This document shows positions 30,982-41,051 of a stretch of 64,000 nucleotides of DNA, in pieces. Each line of letters starts with the position of its first letter. Position 1 is the first letter of the stretch. This stretch comes from an uncultured Thermococci archaeon. GTDB taxonomy: Archaea; Methanobacteriota_B; Thermococci; Methanofastidiosales; B48-G16. Both the position numbers and the translations under genes were made by a program. The notes under the pieces are model-generated. The model saw only the letters and a program-made list of their open reading frames with translations. It searched no databases and was not told the DNA's origin. The stretch covers positions 96,001 to 160,000 of the forward strand of contig CAZQQT010000004.1 of the NCBI GenBank assembly GCA_964595645.1. Reading direction: 5' to 3'.

Positions 30982-31965
30982 TCAGTACCCCCGATTCACA
31001 TCGACAACGTTGACTTCGTTGCCCTCAACTAAGTTGTTCAGGATCATCGCGAGGTTTTTAATACGGTATTTTGCCCGTTGGTCGATATGTGTTGCCCGGT
31101 GTGGGCTGAAAATCACGTTCTCACACGTATCTAATGGATAGTTGGATGGAAATGTGTTTGTTCTCGCATCCTCATCCGGCGGGTATATCCACCACGTGTC
31201 AAGGGCAGCACCACCGACTTTCCCAGATGTGAGCGCGTGGTACAACGCCTCTTCATCGATCACCGGACCTCTGCCCACATTAACAATGTGTACACCGTTT
31301 TTCATCAGATCAAACTCTTTTTTACCGAGATATCCTCTCGTCTCTTCCGTTTCGGGAAGGGTACAGATGATGTAATCTGCATCGGGGAGAAGACCGTGGA
31401 GATCGTCATTGGTGCCTAAACAATCAACGAGATCACTCTCATCCGGTGTCTTTTTTACAGCGGTAATAGTCATATGAAATGCCTTGGCGATCCTCGCAAT
31501 TTCCTTCCCGATCGCACCAACCCCTACGATCAAGAGGGTGTTGTCCCGTAACGCCTGGCTCCACTGGTGCTCATACCGCGGCGTCCAGTCGCCCTTCTTC
31601 ATTTTCTGATGGATAGGGATGATGTTCTTCACAGACGCCAGTAACAGAGCGAACGCGTGTTCTGCCACCATCCAATAGTTGAAATGAGAGTTGATCACAG
31701 TGAGATGTGGAAAATCTGGAAGCGTTTCTTTATCCTGTGGTGGAATACCGACAAAGGGAATAATAAAGTATTTCAGGTTGACAGCCTTCTCTAGAAACTT
31801 TCGTGGAATGCGAGCTCCTATGACCACATCGAATTCTTCCGCCCGTTCAATTGCTTTATCTTTCTCATCTGGATCGAGTTCAACGATCTCTACCCGCTCA
31901 TCTGTTCGATCCCGTAAGGAGATATCGCTCTTCGTAGTGAAAGGGCTCATGTGAAGAACTTTCAT
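30982..31965 (-). CDS. D-2-hydroxyacid dehydrogenase
   Basis: VAEHA, GVGAIG, NVGRG, AALD, SPH. Confidence 0.9.
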   Translation of the reverse strand: MKVLHMSPFTTKSDISLRDRTDERVEIVELDPDEKDKAIERAEEFDVVIGARIPRKFLEKAVNLKYFIIPFVGIPPQDKETLPDFPHLTVINSHFNYWMVAEHAFALLLASVKNIIPIHQKMKKGDWTPRYEHQWSQALRDNTLLIVGVGAIGKEIARIAKAFHMTITAVKKTPDESDLVDCLGTNDDLHGLLPDADYIICTLPETEETRGYLGKKEFDLMKNGVHIVNVGRGPVIDEEALYHALTSGKVGGAALDTWWIYPPDEDARTNTFPSNYPLDTCENVIFSPHRATHIDQRAKYRIKNLAMILNNLVEGNEVNVVDVNRGY

Positions 31966-32101
31966 ATGGCAACGCCTTACGATATAAGGGGAGATATTGT
32001 TTTTATTTATTTGTGTGGTTAGTTGAAAATATTAAATGCAAGATGGACTAATAGTCGAAACTAATTTTCCAAGATACTCTCCAATTCTTCTCATGCGGTA
32101 C

Positions 32102-32466
32102 TTATCTCTCGTTAAACAAACTCAGTATATCTTCCTTTCCTTTTATCCTTGTACTGTCCTTGTTCTCAATATCTTCCAAAATCTTTATCATTTCCCTTTT
32201 GTTTACTAGTTCTCTTTTGTTCATCAGTGATAGTACATCCTTCAAATCTAACACAGATATTCCCTTTTCCTCACAAAACTCAACGACTTTGGAATACTAA
32301 ATATTTTGTTAGGAAAGGAGAAACCGATTTGTTTGGCCCGAAGAAGTTCCGTATACACGGATCCTGTAATGCAAAGATCGGATTTTGTGAATGTCTCCTT
32401 AAGAAGCTGTATTTTTTCTATTTTAGAAAAAGTACTTGCAATATCACAATCTAGAAGAATAATCAT
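32102..32466 (-). pseudogene. PIN-domain (DUF3368-like) toxin with internal deletion/frameshift
   Basis: N-terminus MIILLDCD..SVYTEL; C-terminus FCEEKGISVLDLKDVL..ER* in another frame; central acidic motifs missing. Confidence 0.7.
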
Positions 32467-32769
32467 TCAATCCTCAATCACTCGCGATATTCTTTTCTCG
32501 CTCTCTGTTTTTGAGCCCCCGCTTTCTATTTTAGCACCTCTACTCGAAAGAGCATCTTTAAATTCCTCGAGAGTCATTCCGGCAATTTCAGCAGCCTTCC
32601 AGAGGCTAATTTCTTTGTTTTTGTAACGATAAAATGCAATTTCTATCTTTAGATGTGGTTTAGACTCGAGCAATGCCCTGATAGCATCATCCACAATTTC
32701 CTCTTCTGATCGATAAATATTCCTTCTCAATAATGCATCGATCTCTTCTTTTTTAGTTTTCATAACCAT
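32467..32769 (-). CDS. UPF0175 family antitoxin
   Basis: Y...EISLWKAAEIAGM..EEF...L. Confidence 0.85.
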   Translation of the reverse strand: MVMKTKKEEIDALLRRNIYRSEEEIVDDAIRALLESKPHLKIEIAFYRYKNKEISLWKAAEIAGMTLEEFKDALSSRGAKIESGGSKTESEKRISRVIED

Positions 32770-32870
32770 CTACCCATTGTCTTCTTATCTGTCTTTTTAT
32801 AATTTATACTTCATGTACTACCCAGTAAGCGACGCTAGCACCTTCTCAAGTTCTGTTCAGCCTGTAACAA

Positions 32871-33150
32871 TCATCTCTTTTTCTTTCTACAGTGGGTCCG
32901 GGCCTCATAAAGTACTACCCGTCCCCCAAATACACGTTTGATGAATGGCCTGTATTTCATTTGTTCAATCTCCTCGGACGTGTACACGGATACACCCATC
33001 GCAAAAGCCGCATCTTTGTAGACTTCATCAAGGCGATCAAGAATTTTTTTGTCTGTGTTTTTTATTACAATGAGATCAATATCACTCAGATGTTTTACAC
33101 CCGTCCCTCATGCTAGAGAACCGAACAGTATCACCTTCTTTACTGCATCA
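32871..33150 (-). pseudogene. MNT nucleotidyltransferase pseudogene followed by HEPN N-terminal remnant
   Basis: KKVILFGSLA*GTG..SDIDLIVI..VYT.EE; in-frame TGA at 33108-33110. Confidence 0.75.
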
Positions 33151-33402
33151 ATTCATGAACAAAAATACAACTCAGGGGACTCTTACTCTATCTGTTTATG
33201 ATTGAAAAAATATTGGAAGGAAAAGAACTAAAAAGAGAGATTTTTTGGTGATTTATGCAATTGAACATGTTTATCATACCGCCCCACATTGTCCACCAAT
33301 AATGAAACCTTTTTATTCTCTCCTTCTATACCGATATTTATGCAGTACGGTCTTGATAGGGTGAAAAGAGGAAAAAGAAAGGGGCTCTACTCGTGCGTGC
33401 TA

Positions 33403-33864
33403 ATGAGTGACAAGATTTTCGAGATAATCCTCCCGGATCACCGTGAAAATATCGAGAAAAAGATAAAAAAAAGCTATACCCAATCGAAAAAGGCGGATAA
33501 CTTTGCACGGAGGGTGAACAGCTGGATACAGTATGGGCTGACATTTGAACATCCTTACGCGCTCCGAGGTACCTCCTTCGAAAAAAAAGTCTATAAAAAA
33601 GTGACGGAAATCCCTCCAGGGAAAGTAGCGTCGTACAAACAGGTGGCAGAATCACTCGGCTCGAGAGCCTACAGAGCCGTGGGGAACGCCATGAAGAAAA
33701 ATCCCATTCCGTTACTCGTGCCGTGCCACCGTGTGATAAATACGAACAGAGAACTCGGCGGCTACGGTGGAGGACTGGACCTCAAAAAAAGGATACTGTT
33801 CAAAGAAGGAGTAGAGGTGGAGAACGATAGAGTGCCTGGGCGATACTTCGTGGAAACACTATAA
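33403..33864 (+). CDS. ogt: Methylated-DNA--protein-cysteine methyltransferase
   Basis: IPPGKV.SY, RAVGNAM..NP, VPCHRV. Confidence 0.95.
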   Translation: MSDKIFEIILPDHRENIEKKIKKSYTQSKKADNFARRVNSWIQYGLTFEHPYALRGTSFEKKVYKKVTEIPPGKVASYKQVAESLGSRAYRAVGNAMKKNPIPLLVPCHRVINTNRELGGYGGGLDLKKRILFKEGVEVENDRVPGRYFVETL

Positions 33865-33969
33865 ATTCAAAGATTTCTCATGGTTGTTCGTCTTGAAAGG
33901 AGGAAGCTGTGATGGATATCAGAATCCATACTGACAAACTATTTATATCAAAAGAAAAAAAGTATACTG

Positions 33970-34290
33970 ATGCAACTACAGAAGCGGTACAGAAAAGCGA
34001 TAGATAAGTTTGTGAGAAGAGCGAAAGAAGAGTACGGGGATAAAATAGAAAGAATCGTGTTGTTTGGGTCTGTTGCACGGGGAGAAGCACAAGAAGAGTC
34101 GGATATCGATCTGTTAGTGATCTGGAAAGGGGAGGAAGAAAAAGGCTGGGAGGCCATGTCAGGGCTCGCATTTGATGTACTGTTGGATACAAAAGAGTAT
34201 ATTTCAGTAAAGGTTTACATTCCTTCTGATCTCGAGAAAAAAACCCCATTTAAAGAGAATGTAATGAAAGAAGGGATAACACTTGTATAA
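33970..34290 (+). CDS. MNT nucleotidyltransferase antitoxin
   Basis: LFGSVARGE..SDIDLL. Confidence 0.9.
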   Translation: MQLQKRYRKAIDKFVRRAKEEYGDKIERIVLFGSVARGEAQEESDIDLLVIWKGEEEKGWEAMSGLAFDVLLDTKEYISVKVYIPSDLEKKTPFKENVMKEGITLV

Positions 34291-34660
34291 AAAGTATATT
34301 GAACAAGCAGAAGAAAAGTTACATGCGGCTAAATATCTTTTAAAGGGGAAGTACTATAACGATGCTGTGAGCAGAGCATACTACTCAATGTTTTATGCAG
34401 CGAAGGCATTATTATCCACAAGGGATATATACCCGAAGGGGCATAAGGGAGTAGTAATAAAATTCGGATTGGAATTCGTAAAGAACGATTTCATAGAAAG
34501 TATGTACGGACGTGCACTATCTTATGCAAAGGATCGGAGAGAAGTCGCAGATTATGATACTGAAAAACACATACGCAAAGAAGAGGCAGAATCCATTGTA
34601 GAAAACGCAGAGAAATTCTTGGAGAGAATTAAAAGAGCGATAAAGGAAGTAGATTGCTGA
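34283..34660 (+). CDS. HEPN domain protein (UPF0332-like)
   Basis: AVSRAYYSMFYAAKALL, H.G, R..ADY. Confidence 0.9.
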   Translation: MYKKYIEQAEEKLHAAKYLLKGKYYNDAVSRAYYSMFYAAKALLSTRDIYPKGHKGVVIKFGLEFVKNDFIESMYGRALSYAKDRREVADYDTEKHIRKEEAESIVENAEKFLERIKRAIKEVDC

Positions 34661-34924
34661 AAAGTAGAGTACAAGAATGTGCCTGGGCGGTACTTTGTGG
34701 AAACACTATAACCTCAAAGAGTTCTCGATGAGTTTCGTCTTGAAAGGAGGAAGCTGTGATGGATACCAGAATCCATACTGAAGAATTATGTATATCAAAA
34801 AAAATATACTAATGCAACTACAGGGACGGTACAGAAAAGCGATAGATGAGTTTGTGAGACTGTGTATGATCGGAGGACTATCTTCTAATCTTTCTGTTTC
34901 AGTTAGCGATGGTGTCTCCGATCT

Positions 34925-35350
34925 TTAGCTCTTTGATGATAAAAATTTTAAAATGTGTGAAACATACTCTTCGATATCACATAAATCTTCATTCATCACA
35001 ATGAAAATCCGTTTCAAGTCAAGGTTCCCGTATCTGTGTACGAGGAGATTTCTGAATTTTGCCATTTCCTGCAGTGTTCCTGAAAGGCGTGGTTCAATTA
35101 CTCCCTGCTCTTCAAGGATCTTAAAAATATCCTTGTAGTCCTCAGCTCTCCTCCAGCCTTTTTCCGCGATGATATGGTTGCCAATATCCAAACACGCTTC
35201 AATTGCTTCTTGTAGACTATGCTTGGCAGCTTGAATATCCCGATAGTTCTTGGAAAATGACTCAAATTCCTCCCTGGAGAGTTTTCTTAGAAGTGTGAGA
35301 TTTTCCTCTACAATATCAATTTTAGCGTGAATAATCTCTTCGCTTATCAT
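34925..35350 (-). CDS. hepT: HepT-like (DUF86) RNase toxin
   Basis: Rx4H motif RNLLVHRY. Confidence 0.9.
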   Translation of the reverse strand: MISEEIIHAKIDIVEENLTLLRKLSREEFESFSKNYRDIQAAKHSLQEAIEACLDIGNHIIAEKGWRRAEDYKDIFKILEEQGVIEPRLSGTLQEMAKFRNLLVHRYGNLDLKRIFIVMNEDLCDIEEYVSHILKFLSSKS

Positions 35351-35790
35351 ATTCCCAAACGCTCCATTCTTGCCTTATTGTATCGATGTATGTACGGTTT
35401 AAAATCCATGTATCGGCTGATAGAATAAGCTTCAAAAGTAATACGCGCCCTCTCATTCTTTGAGTGAATAAGGGTTCCAGAGATGAGGACTTGATGTCTA
35501 AACCGTACGGGAGATCCATTGAGGATACGGAGGTCTACTGAGATTGTACTGTCCAGCGATTTTTCAATTTGTAGCGCAAGCCGTGAAGAATAGAGGGGAT
35601 CTCTTTCTGGTTCGTTATCCAAATAGACTGCAATATCCATGTCACTTCTTTCGGTCTGCGTACCCCTCGCATAGGATCCAAAAAGGTAGGCAAAAAGTAC
35701 GTGGGGCTCGTTTTCAAGGACACGAGCGATCTTTTCTCTTATTTTCTCTTTTTGATCTTTTCTGAGCGTATACGGTTTCATTGTCGTCAT
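35347..35790 (-). CDS. mntA: MntA-like adenylyltransferase antitoxin
   Basis: FAYLFGSYARG....SDMD (GSx10DxD), VDLRILN. Confidence 0.9.
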   Translation of the reverse strand: MTTMKPYTLRKDQKEKIREKIARVLENEPHVLFAYLFGSYARGTQTERSDMDIAVYLDNEPERDPLYSSRLALQIEKSLDSTISVDLRILNGSPVRFRHQVLISGTLIHSKNERARITFEAYSISRYMDFKPYIHRYNKARMERLGI

Positions 35791-36033
35791 TGATTTGTAT
35801 TTACTTCACATTTTATAAGCTTTTTGTAGTGTGTTTCCGGAGCTATATACCTGTTGCCATGATTGCTATACCTTCAGTGTACCTCCCGGATCATCGAAAG
35901 AAGAGGCAGAATCCATTGTAGAAAACGCAGAGAGATTCTTGGAGAGAATTAAAAGAGCGATAAAGGAAGTAGATTGCTGAAAAATAGAGTACGAGAATGT
36001 GCCTGGGCGGTACTTTGTGGAAAGGCTGTACTG

Positions 36034-36664
36034 TCACAGACACACCACACGGAGATGGGTGTATCGATCGATGTACCGAAGCGTATTGGATTTTCTCCCG
36101 AGCGCGACATCTATTACTAAAGGGAGGATAAAGGCTTTGGGGAAGTTCCGAATGGCCGCTTTTTGAATGGTTATCGCCCCAATAACTTGAATATTGAGCA
36201 GTAGATTTCCGAGGGTCTGTCCTCCTTCATTCTCAAAGATGGTGAGGTATATCCAGACCACGATCAGCGTTGCGAGGATGTACATAGGAGTAATCACGAA
36301 CTGCCGAGGGAGATCCACTGAATAATCAAAGAGAATGGGAACGGGTAAGAGATTCACGATGAGACTGACGATGCCCACCGTGAAAAGATCGATGAGATAA
36401 GCCGCTGTCCGTCAGGTGGCAGAGGTCTCCTCGATACGCTTTGGGACTTGCTGGAGAATTGAAAACGCTCGCAGTCCTCGCTCGGTAAGTGTGTAGCGCC
36501 CTTCTTCATCCTTCGTCACTAATTTCTCCAATTTCGTGAGATGAAAGGTGAGGTTTCCCGTCTCAATCGCCAGCGCTTCTAAAATCTCTGTATACCGCAT
36601 CCGCTTGTGTGCGAGCATTTCAATGATTTTCCGTCTAGTGGGATGGTTCAGTGCCGAAAACATG
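36034..36664 (-). pseudogene. ArsR-type wHTH-RDD fusion interrupted by in-frame TGA
   Basis: FSALNHPTRRKII..HL..L then TSAT*RTAAYLID..GGQTLG..IRN in one frame; TGA at 36412-36414. Confidence 0.7.
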
Positions 36665-37465
36665 GATGATCGTGGATTTATAGAGAATGAAAAGTATGAG
36701 AATGTACGCACAGATGAGTCCTATCCTCAGGAGGAGTAACAACCGAAGGTACCCGGAATAGCGGGTAAGTTCACGGAGGAACCACACCCCCTCAACAATC
36801 AGACTAGCTGATAGAGCAACCATGCACCCGGCATACGCCCACTGGTTGTTCATGTGTGTAGCTACAGCAGTAATCAAGAGCACCGCGTACACCATAGCCG
36901 TGATGATACTAAAATACGGTTCATATTCATACAGATCGAGAATCTCCCACGTGGAGTACATCTCGCTGAGCGTATCAATGACCCGTATTATGGAGAAGAC
37001 TGCTAGTAAAGGGAAGATCACTGCTACGGCCCGCCGATAGTTTCTGAACATAGCGGAAATCTCGCGCTGCGTATGCCGGTACAATACGTACAACGAGATA
37101 CCTCGCAACGGGAGCATGAAGAGTGAGGGTATCAGTATGCCATAGAGAGACGTATGTCGTGAGGTGGCACCCAAGAGGTAATCGATAACCACAGTGCTAA
37201 AGCCGAACGCATTCATGAAACAGGTGTAGCCTAAAAAGATCATGACCCCGTAGGATGCCCAGTCAGTTCCGCGATACCCAAGAATAACGAGGCTGAGCAT
37301 CGCTACATCGACGAGAATATGGTGGATCCGCCACGCATCGAAGATGTGTGCCACATCGGCGGGAACACCGATACCCAGCAGGTACAGGAGATGCTCCATC
37401 ATACTCACAATGAAGAAGATTCCCCAGAGAACGTACACAATTTTTGCTTCGGTCTCGTACTCCAT
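36635..37465 (-). CDS. Multi-pass membrane protein
   Basis: About 8 hydrophobic segments. Confidence 0.65.
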   Translation of the reverse strand: MEYETEAKIVYVLWGIFFIVSMMEHLLYLLGIGVPADVAHIFDAWRIHHILVDVAMLSLVILGYRGTDWASYGVMIFLGYTCFMNAFGFSTVVIDYLLGATSRHTSLYGILIPSLFMLPLRGISLYVLYRHTQREISAMFRNYRRAVAVIFPLLAVFSIIRVIDTLSEMYSTWEILDLYEYEPYFSIITAMVYAVLLITAVATHMNNQWAYAGCMVALSASLIVEGVWFLRELTRYSGYLRLLLLLRIGLICAYILILFILYKSTIIHVFGTEPSH

Positions 37466-37690
37466 GTAACTACTCAGATTTTTGTATATTTAACATTTTT
37501 TGAAAAGAAATCTTGTCATAAAGATGTTATCTAAACACAGAGAAAAATCGTACACCATTTCGAGAATATGGGGGTCCGTTGTCCTCTATGTAGAACTTAG
37601 TTGGTTTTTCATAGGGCCAGATCCTCAATTGTTTGAAGACATAACAATTTACGTCATTCATAGAATGAATGAGATTGTGGAATACAAGAA

Positions 37691-38422
37691 TCACTCGGGA
37701 AGCATGGCGTTTAACTCTTCAAGATGGTGAGACACTTCCGGAGCTTCTTTTTTCGTGTGGGTCTCCAGAATGGAACAGCAGTACCTCAGTTTCTTCAGGG
37801 CTTCCTCCCGCTCGGCATCAAGCATGATCTCACGATGGGTGGTGGAAATCTCCTGAAAAATATCGATAAAGTTTTTACATGCTCTGTAGCTCCCGGGGAG
37901 GTTCTCTGAAACTCGTTCTTCAATGTTCTTATGGAACTGCGTAAGGTACGTCATGAACTCCTTCCATCCGTTTCGCCAGCTCCGTAACTCACTGAGAGGT
38001 TCGGTGGAGGTCCTCACGATCATGGTATAGGGGGTGCGGTGATCAGGATCTGTAGAGCCTAAAAAGAGCGTGATCTGTTCCTCCCTCACGCTGGTGATCT
38101 CACTTACACCGATGTATCCCGTAACCTCCACGGTTTGGGTTGGATCTAAGAAGAAATCAATTCCGGAAAAATGGATAATCCAGCCGGGAGGGATTGTGTC
38201 ATCGTCTACGAGGATATGAAGCTCGTGGGTGTAGGATGATCTGTTCGTGATAGTAAAGGTGAACTCGGCTGCTCTATCAGCGGTGACAAAAACGATGTCT
38301 GGCATATTGAGTACGATATCCGCCAGCCGATGTCTATCCTTTAGGTAGAATGTGAGTGTACTTGCGATGACGAGAAAAATAAGAGTGAAAAAACTAGATA
38401 GTAATTCCAAAGAAATCGCCAT
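37691..38422 (-). CDS. Membrane-anchored protein with Ig-like domain
   Basis: N-terminal TM; F.ITN....PPGW Ig/NEW3-like pattern. Confidence 0.55.
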   Translation of the reverse strand: MAISLELLSSFFTLIFLVIASTLTFYLKDRHRLADIVLNMPDIVFVTADRAAEFTFTITNRSSYTHELHILVDDDTIPPGWIIHFSGIDFFLDPTQTVEVTGYIGVSEITSVREEQITLFLGSTDPDHRTPYTMIVRTSTEPLSELRSWRNGWKEFMTYLTQFHKNIEERVSENLPGSYRACKNFIDIFQEISTTHREIMLDAEREEALKKLRYCCSILETHTKKEAPEVSHHLEELNAMLPE

Positions 38423-38435
38423 GAACGCCCTCTAC

Positions 38436-38648
38436 TCAGAGTATCTGTGAAATCTTAAACGCTACGGATGCAAAAAACACAATAATTAATGGGACAGTGA
38501 TCGGCGCGAAAATGTGCTTTATTTCCTCTTTTGTTTTACTCGTCTCAATCAGTTCGTTCATTATCAAGTATGTGATCAAAAGGATTGCTGCCAGTGCAGA
38601 CCCACTCCCAACCATTAACATACTTGACAGTAACATGCTCGACATCAT
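38436..38648 (-). CDS. Small 2-TM membrane protein
   Basis: Hydrophobic ORF; start trimmed to MMSSM. Confidence 0.55.
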   Translation of the reverse strand: MMSSMLLSSMLMVGSGSALAAILLITYLIMNELIETSKTKEEIKHIFAPITVPLIIVFFASVAFKISQIL

Positions 38649-38784
38649 TTTATGCACCTTAATAATAATAGGAGTGTCTCCTTTATAAATCTTTCGGCAA
38701 AAATGCATTTGCAGAAAAAAAATGATATGCTCATATCTGCTAAGAACGCAAAAGTGTTTTAAACAGACAATAAGAGTAGTTGCT

Positions 38785-39549
38785 ATGAGAAGTGAGAAGA
38801 TCAGCTTGATCCTGATTGCACTGGTCCTCGTGGTGTCAGAGATTTCCTACACAGAGCTAAATCTCTCATTTGGACTGTACTGTTATGGGATCGCAGTTGC
38901 CGGGATAATCATCTCACTTATATTCACCAGCCAGAGCAGAGAAGTGGACCAGCTGCTCTACGGGCTCATGATTCTCCCAGTAATTCGTTTCGTGGGATCC
39001 TGTATGCCCGTACGTGAACTAGAGCCCTTACTTCGGGTGCCCATCGTCTATCTCGTCTTTTTTCTCTCCGTCCTTATCGTGTTCTACTACTCGGATCTTG
39101 ACTCGTACCGTCTCGGCATTCGGAAGGAGAAGCTCTATTTACTTCCTTTCGCCCTGCTCTTAGGTGCGGGATTGGGGCTCATTGAGTACCATATTCTACA
39201 ACCTGAGAAGCTCGTCCCTGCGTTAACAGTGGAGAGTATCATGGTAGGTGTGGTCAACATCAGTATCGTCACAGGATTTATCGAAGAGTTCATGTTTCGA
39301 GGGCTGATACAGAACTTCTCCAAACATATATTCTCCAAATGGTACATTCTCTACACAAATCTGATATTTGCTTCAATGCACCTTGTCTGGGGAAATATCA
39401 TAGAGATTGCGTTTGTTTTTCTTGTAGGGATACTGTTTAGCGTGATCTACCTGAAAACACAGAACTTGATCGTGGTGAGCGGGATCCACGCGTCGATCAA
39501 CTTCTTTCTCTACATTGTCTATCCAGTTTTTACCCCCCTCCTATTCTAG
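38785..39549 (+). CDS. CPBP (CAAX/Abi) intramembrane metalloprotease
   Basis: EEFMFRG, FASMH, H...N motifs. Confidence 0.9.
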   Translation: MRSEKISLILIALVLVVSEISYTELNLSFGLYCYGIAVAGIIISLIFTSQSREVDQLLYGLMILPVIRFVGSCMPVRELEPLLRVPIVYLVFFLSVLIVFYYSDLDSYRLGIRKEKLYLLPFALLLGAGLGLIEYHILQPEKLVPALTVESIMVGVVNISIVTGFIEEFMFRGLIQNFSKHIFSKWYILYTNLIFASMHLVWGNIIEIAFVFLVGILFSVIYLKTQNLIVVSGIHASINFFLYIVYPVFTPLLF

Positions 39550-39553
39550 AACA

Positions 39554-41011
39554 TTACTTCTTTTTCTGGAGATACACCACAAGAAGAATGAACGCACCGG
39601 CGAAAACAATACCGAGGTATATGAGTGGGTCGACACCACGTGCAGACGGTGCTGACGGCGTAGAGGGTGGAACTGTCGTGCTCGGGGGCTGGGTTGTTGT
39701 GGGCTGCGAGGTAGGTGGTATCTTTTTCGCAAGTGTAACGGAGATCTCCTTCCGTTCGCCCGGTGAGAGGGAAATTTCCTGTGTGTACGGTTCGTAGCCC
39801 TCTTTCTCTACCCGTACGGTATACGTTCCCTTTTCCAGTTCTAGATCCACCGGTGTCTCTCCCTTTTTTTCATCGTTGATATAGACTAAAGCAGTTGGAT
39901 CCGATGTGAGTGAGAGTGTTGCCCGTTGCTCTTCGAAACAGTAGAGTTTTCCATCGTACGATCCAACGTAAAGGTTGTCATTAGCGATAGCGGGAGAAGA
40001 ATGAACTTCATCGCCTGTTTCGTACTGCCATAGAAGGTTTCCTGTCTCCGCATCCAATGCGTAAAGAGAGGCGTCCCACGAACCGACGTAGACCTTTCCA
40101 TCGACAACGGCAGGTGACGAGGTCACCTCACCGTTCGTCGTGTGCTGCCACACGAGAGTGCCGTCCCTCATGGTGAGGCAGTAGAGGGATCCATCGCGGG
40201 ACCCGATATAGATATGTTTGTTGTAGATCGCGGGGGAGGATCCGATGGGACCGTCTGTCTCATGCTGCCACACCAGCGCACCCGTCGCGGCATCGAAACA
40301 GTAGACATTGTGGTCATAGGATCCTACGTAGACCACACCCTCTGCGACAGCAGGGGTGGAGCCGATCCAGTCATCCGTGGTGTAGTACCAGAGCCGTTCA
40401 CCGGTGTCAGCATCGAAACAGTACATATTCCTATCGTAGGATCCGACGTACACCTTTCCATCGGCAAATGCCGGTGAGGATCCCACGTAGCTTCCCGTCT
40501 CGTACTCCCAGAGAAGCGTTCCATTGTCTGCGTCGAGACAGTAAAGAGAGTGATCGTACGATCCCACGTACAATTTTCCATCGACGATAAGTGGAGACGA
40601 TCCAATGTTCCCGTTCGTTTTGTACTGCCATAGAAGTTTTCTTGTGTCGGCATTGAGGCAGTAGAGATAGTTGTCCCGGGATCCAATGTACACCTTCTCC
40701 TTGTGTACGGCGGGAGAGGATCCTATCCACGACCCCGTCTCGTACTGCCACAGCAGCTCGCCACTCTCCGCGTCGAGACAGTAGACACTGTGATCCACCG
40801 ATCCCACATACACACGGTTATTAACCACGGCGGGAGAGGAAAAAATGGAGTCCTCCGTATGGTAGCTCCACGCGAGCTCCATGTGATCAGGAAGCTCTCC
40901 GGAAGTACATCCAGTACGGTGCGAATCGTGGCGAAACAGCGACCAGTCCGCACCGACGGGAAGAACAGCGAGGAACCATACCAAGATCATAGCAAGAAGG
41001 ATTCGTTTCAT
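39554..41011 (-). CDS. PQQ-like beta-propeller plus PEGA domain surface protein with PT linker and C-terminal TM
   Basis: Eight 40-aa repeats SSPA....VYVGS.D..LYC.DA.TG.LLW; PEGA SDP.A.VYIN..GETP; TM plus KKK. Confidence 0.9.
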   Translation of the reverse strand: MKRILLAMILVWFLAVLPVGADWSLFRHDSHRTGCTSGELPDHMELAWSYHTEDSIFSSPAVVNNRVYVGSVDHSVYCLDAESGELLWQYETGSWIGSSPAVHKEKVYIGSRDNYLYCLNADTRKLLWQYKTNGNIGSSPLIVDGKLYVGSYDHSLYCLDADNGTLLWEYETGSYVGSSPAFADGKVYVGSYDRNMYCFDADTGERLWYYTTDDWIGSTPAVAEGVVYVGSYDHNVYCFDAATGALVWQHETDGPIGSSPAIYNKHIYIGSRDGSLYCLTMRDGTLVWQHTTNGEVTSSPAVVDGKVYVGSWDASLYALDAETGNLLWQYETGDEVHSSPAIANDNLYVGSYDGKLYCFEEQRATLSLTSDPTALVYINDEKKGETPVDLELEKGTYTVRVEKEGYEPYTQEISLSPGERKEISVTLAKKIPPTSQPTTTQPPSTTVPPSTPSAPSARGVDPLIYLGIVFAGAFILLVVYLQKKK

Positions 41012-41051
41012 GCGTTCCCATGATTCCTCACGTATTTAAAGGTTACCGCTG

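Larger units (their letters stand above)
33832..36023 (+). repeat. Nested direct repeats anchored on the ogt 3' end
   Basis: 33832-34017 ~ 34679-34859; 34577-34703 ~ 35897-36023; GTGCCTGGGCGrTACTTyGTGGAAA present three times (33832, 34679, 35999). Confidence 0.9.

Noticed and set aside
39940-40880. Regular ~120-bp repeats that could look like an array
   Set aside because: They are coding beta-propeller blades with synonymous variation, not CRISPR
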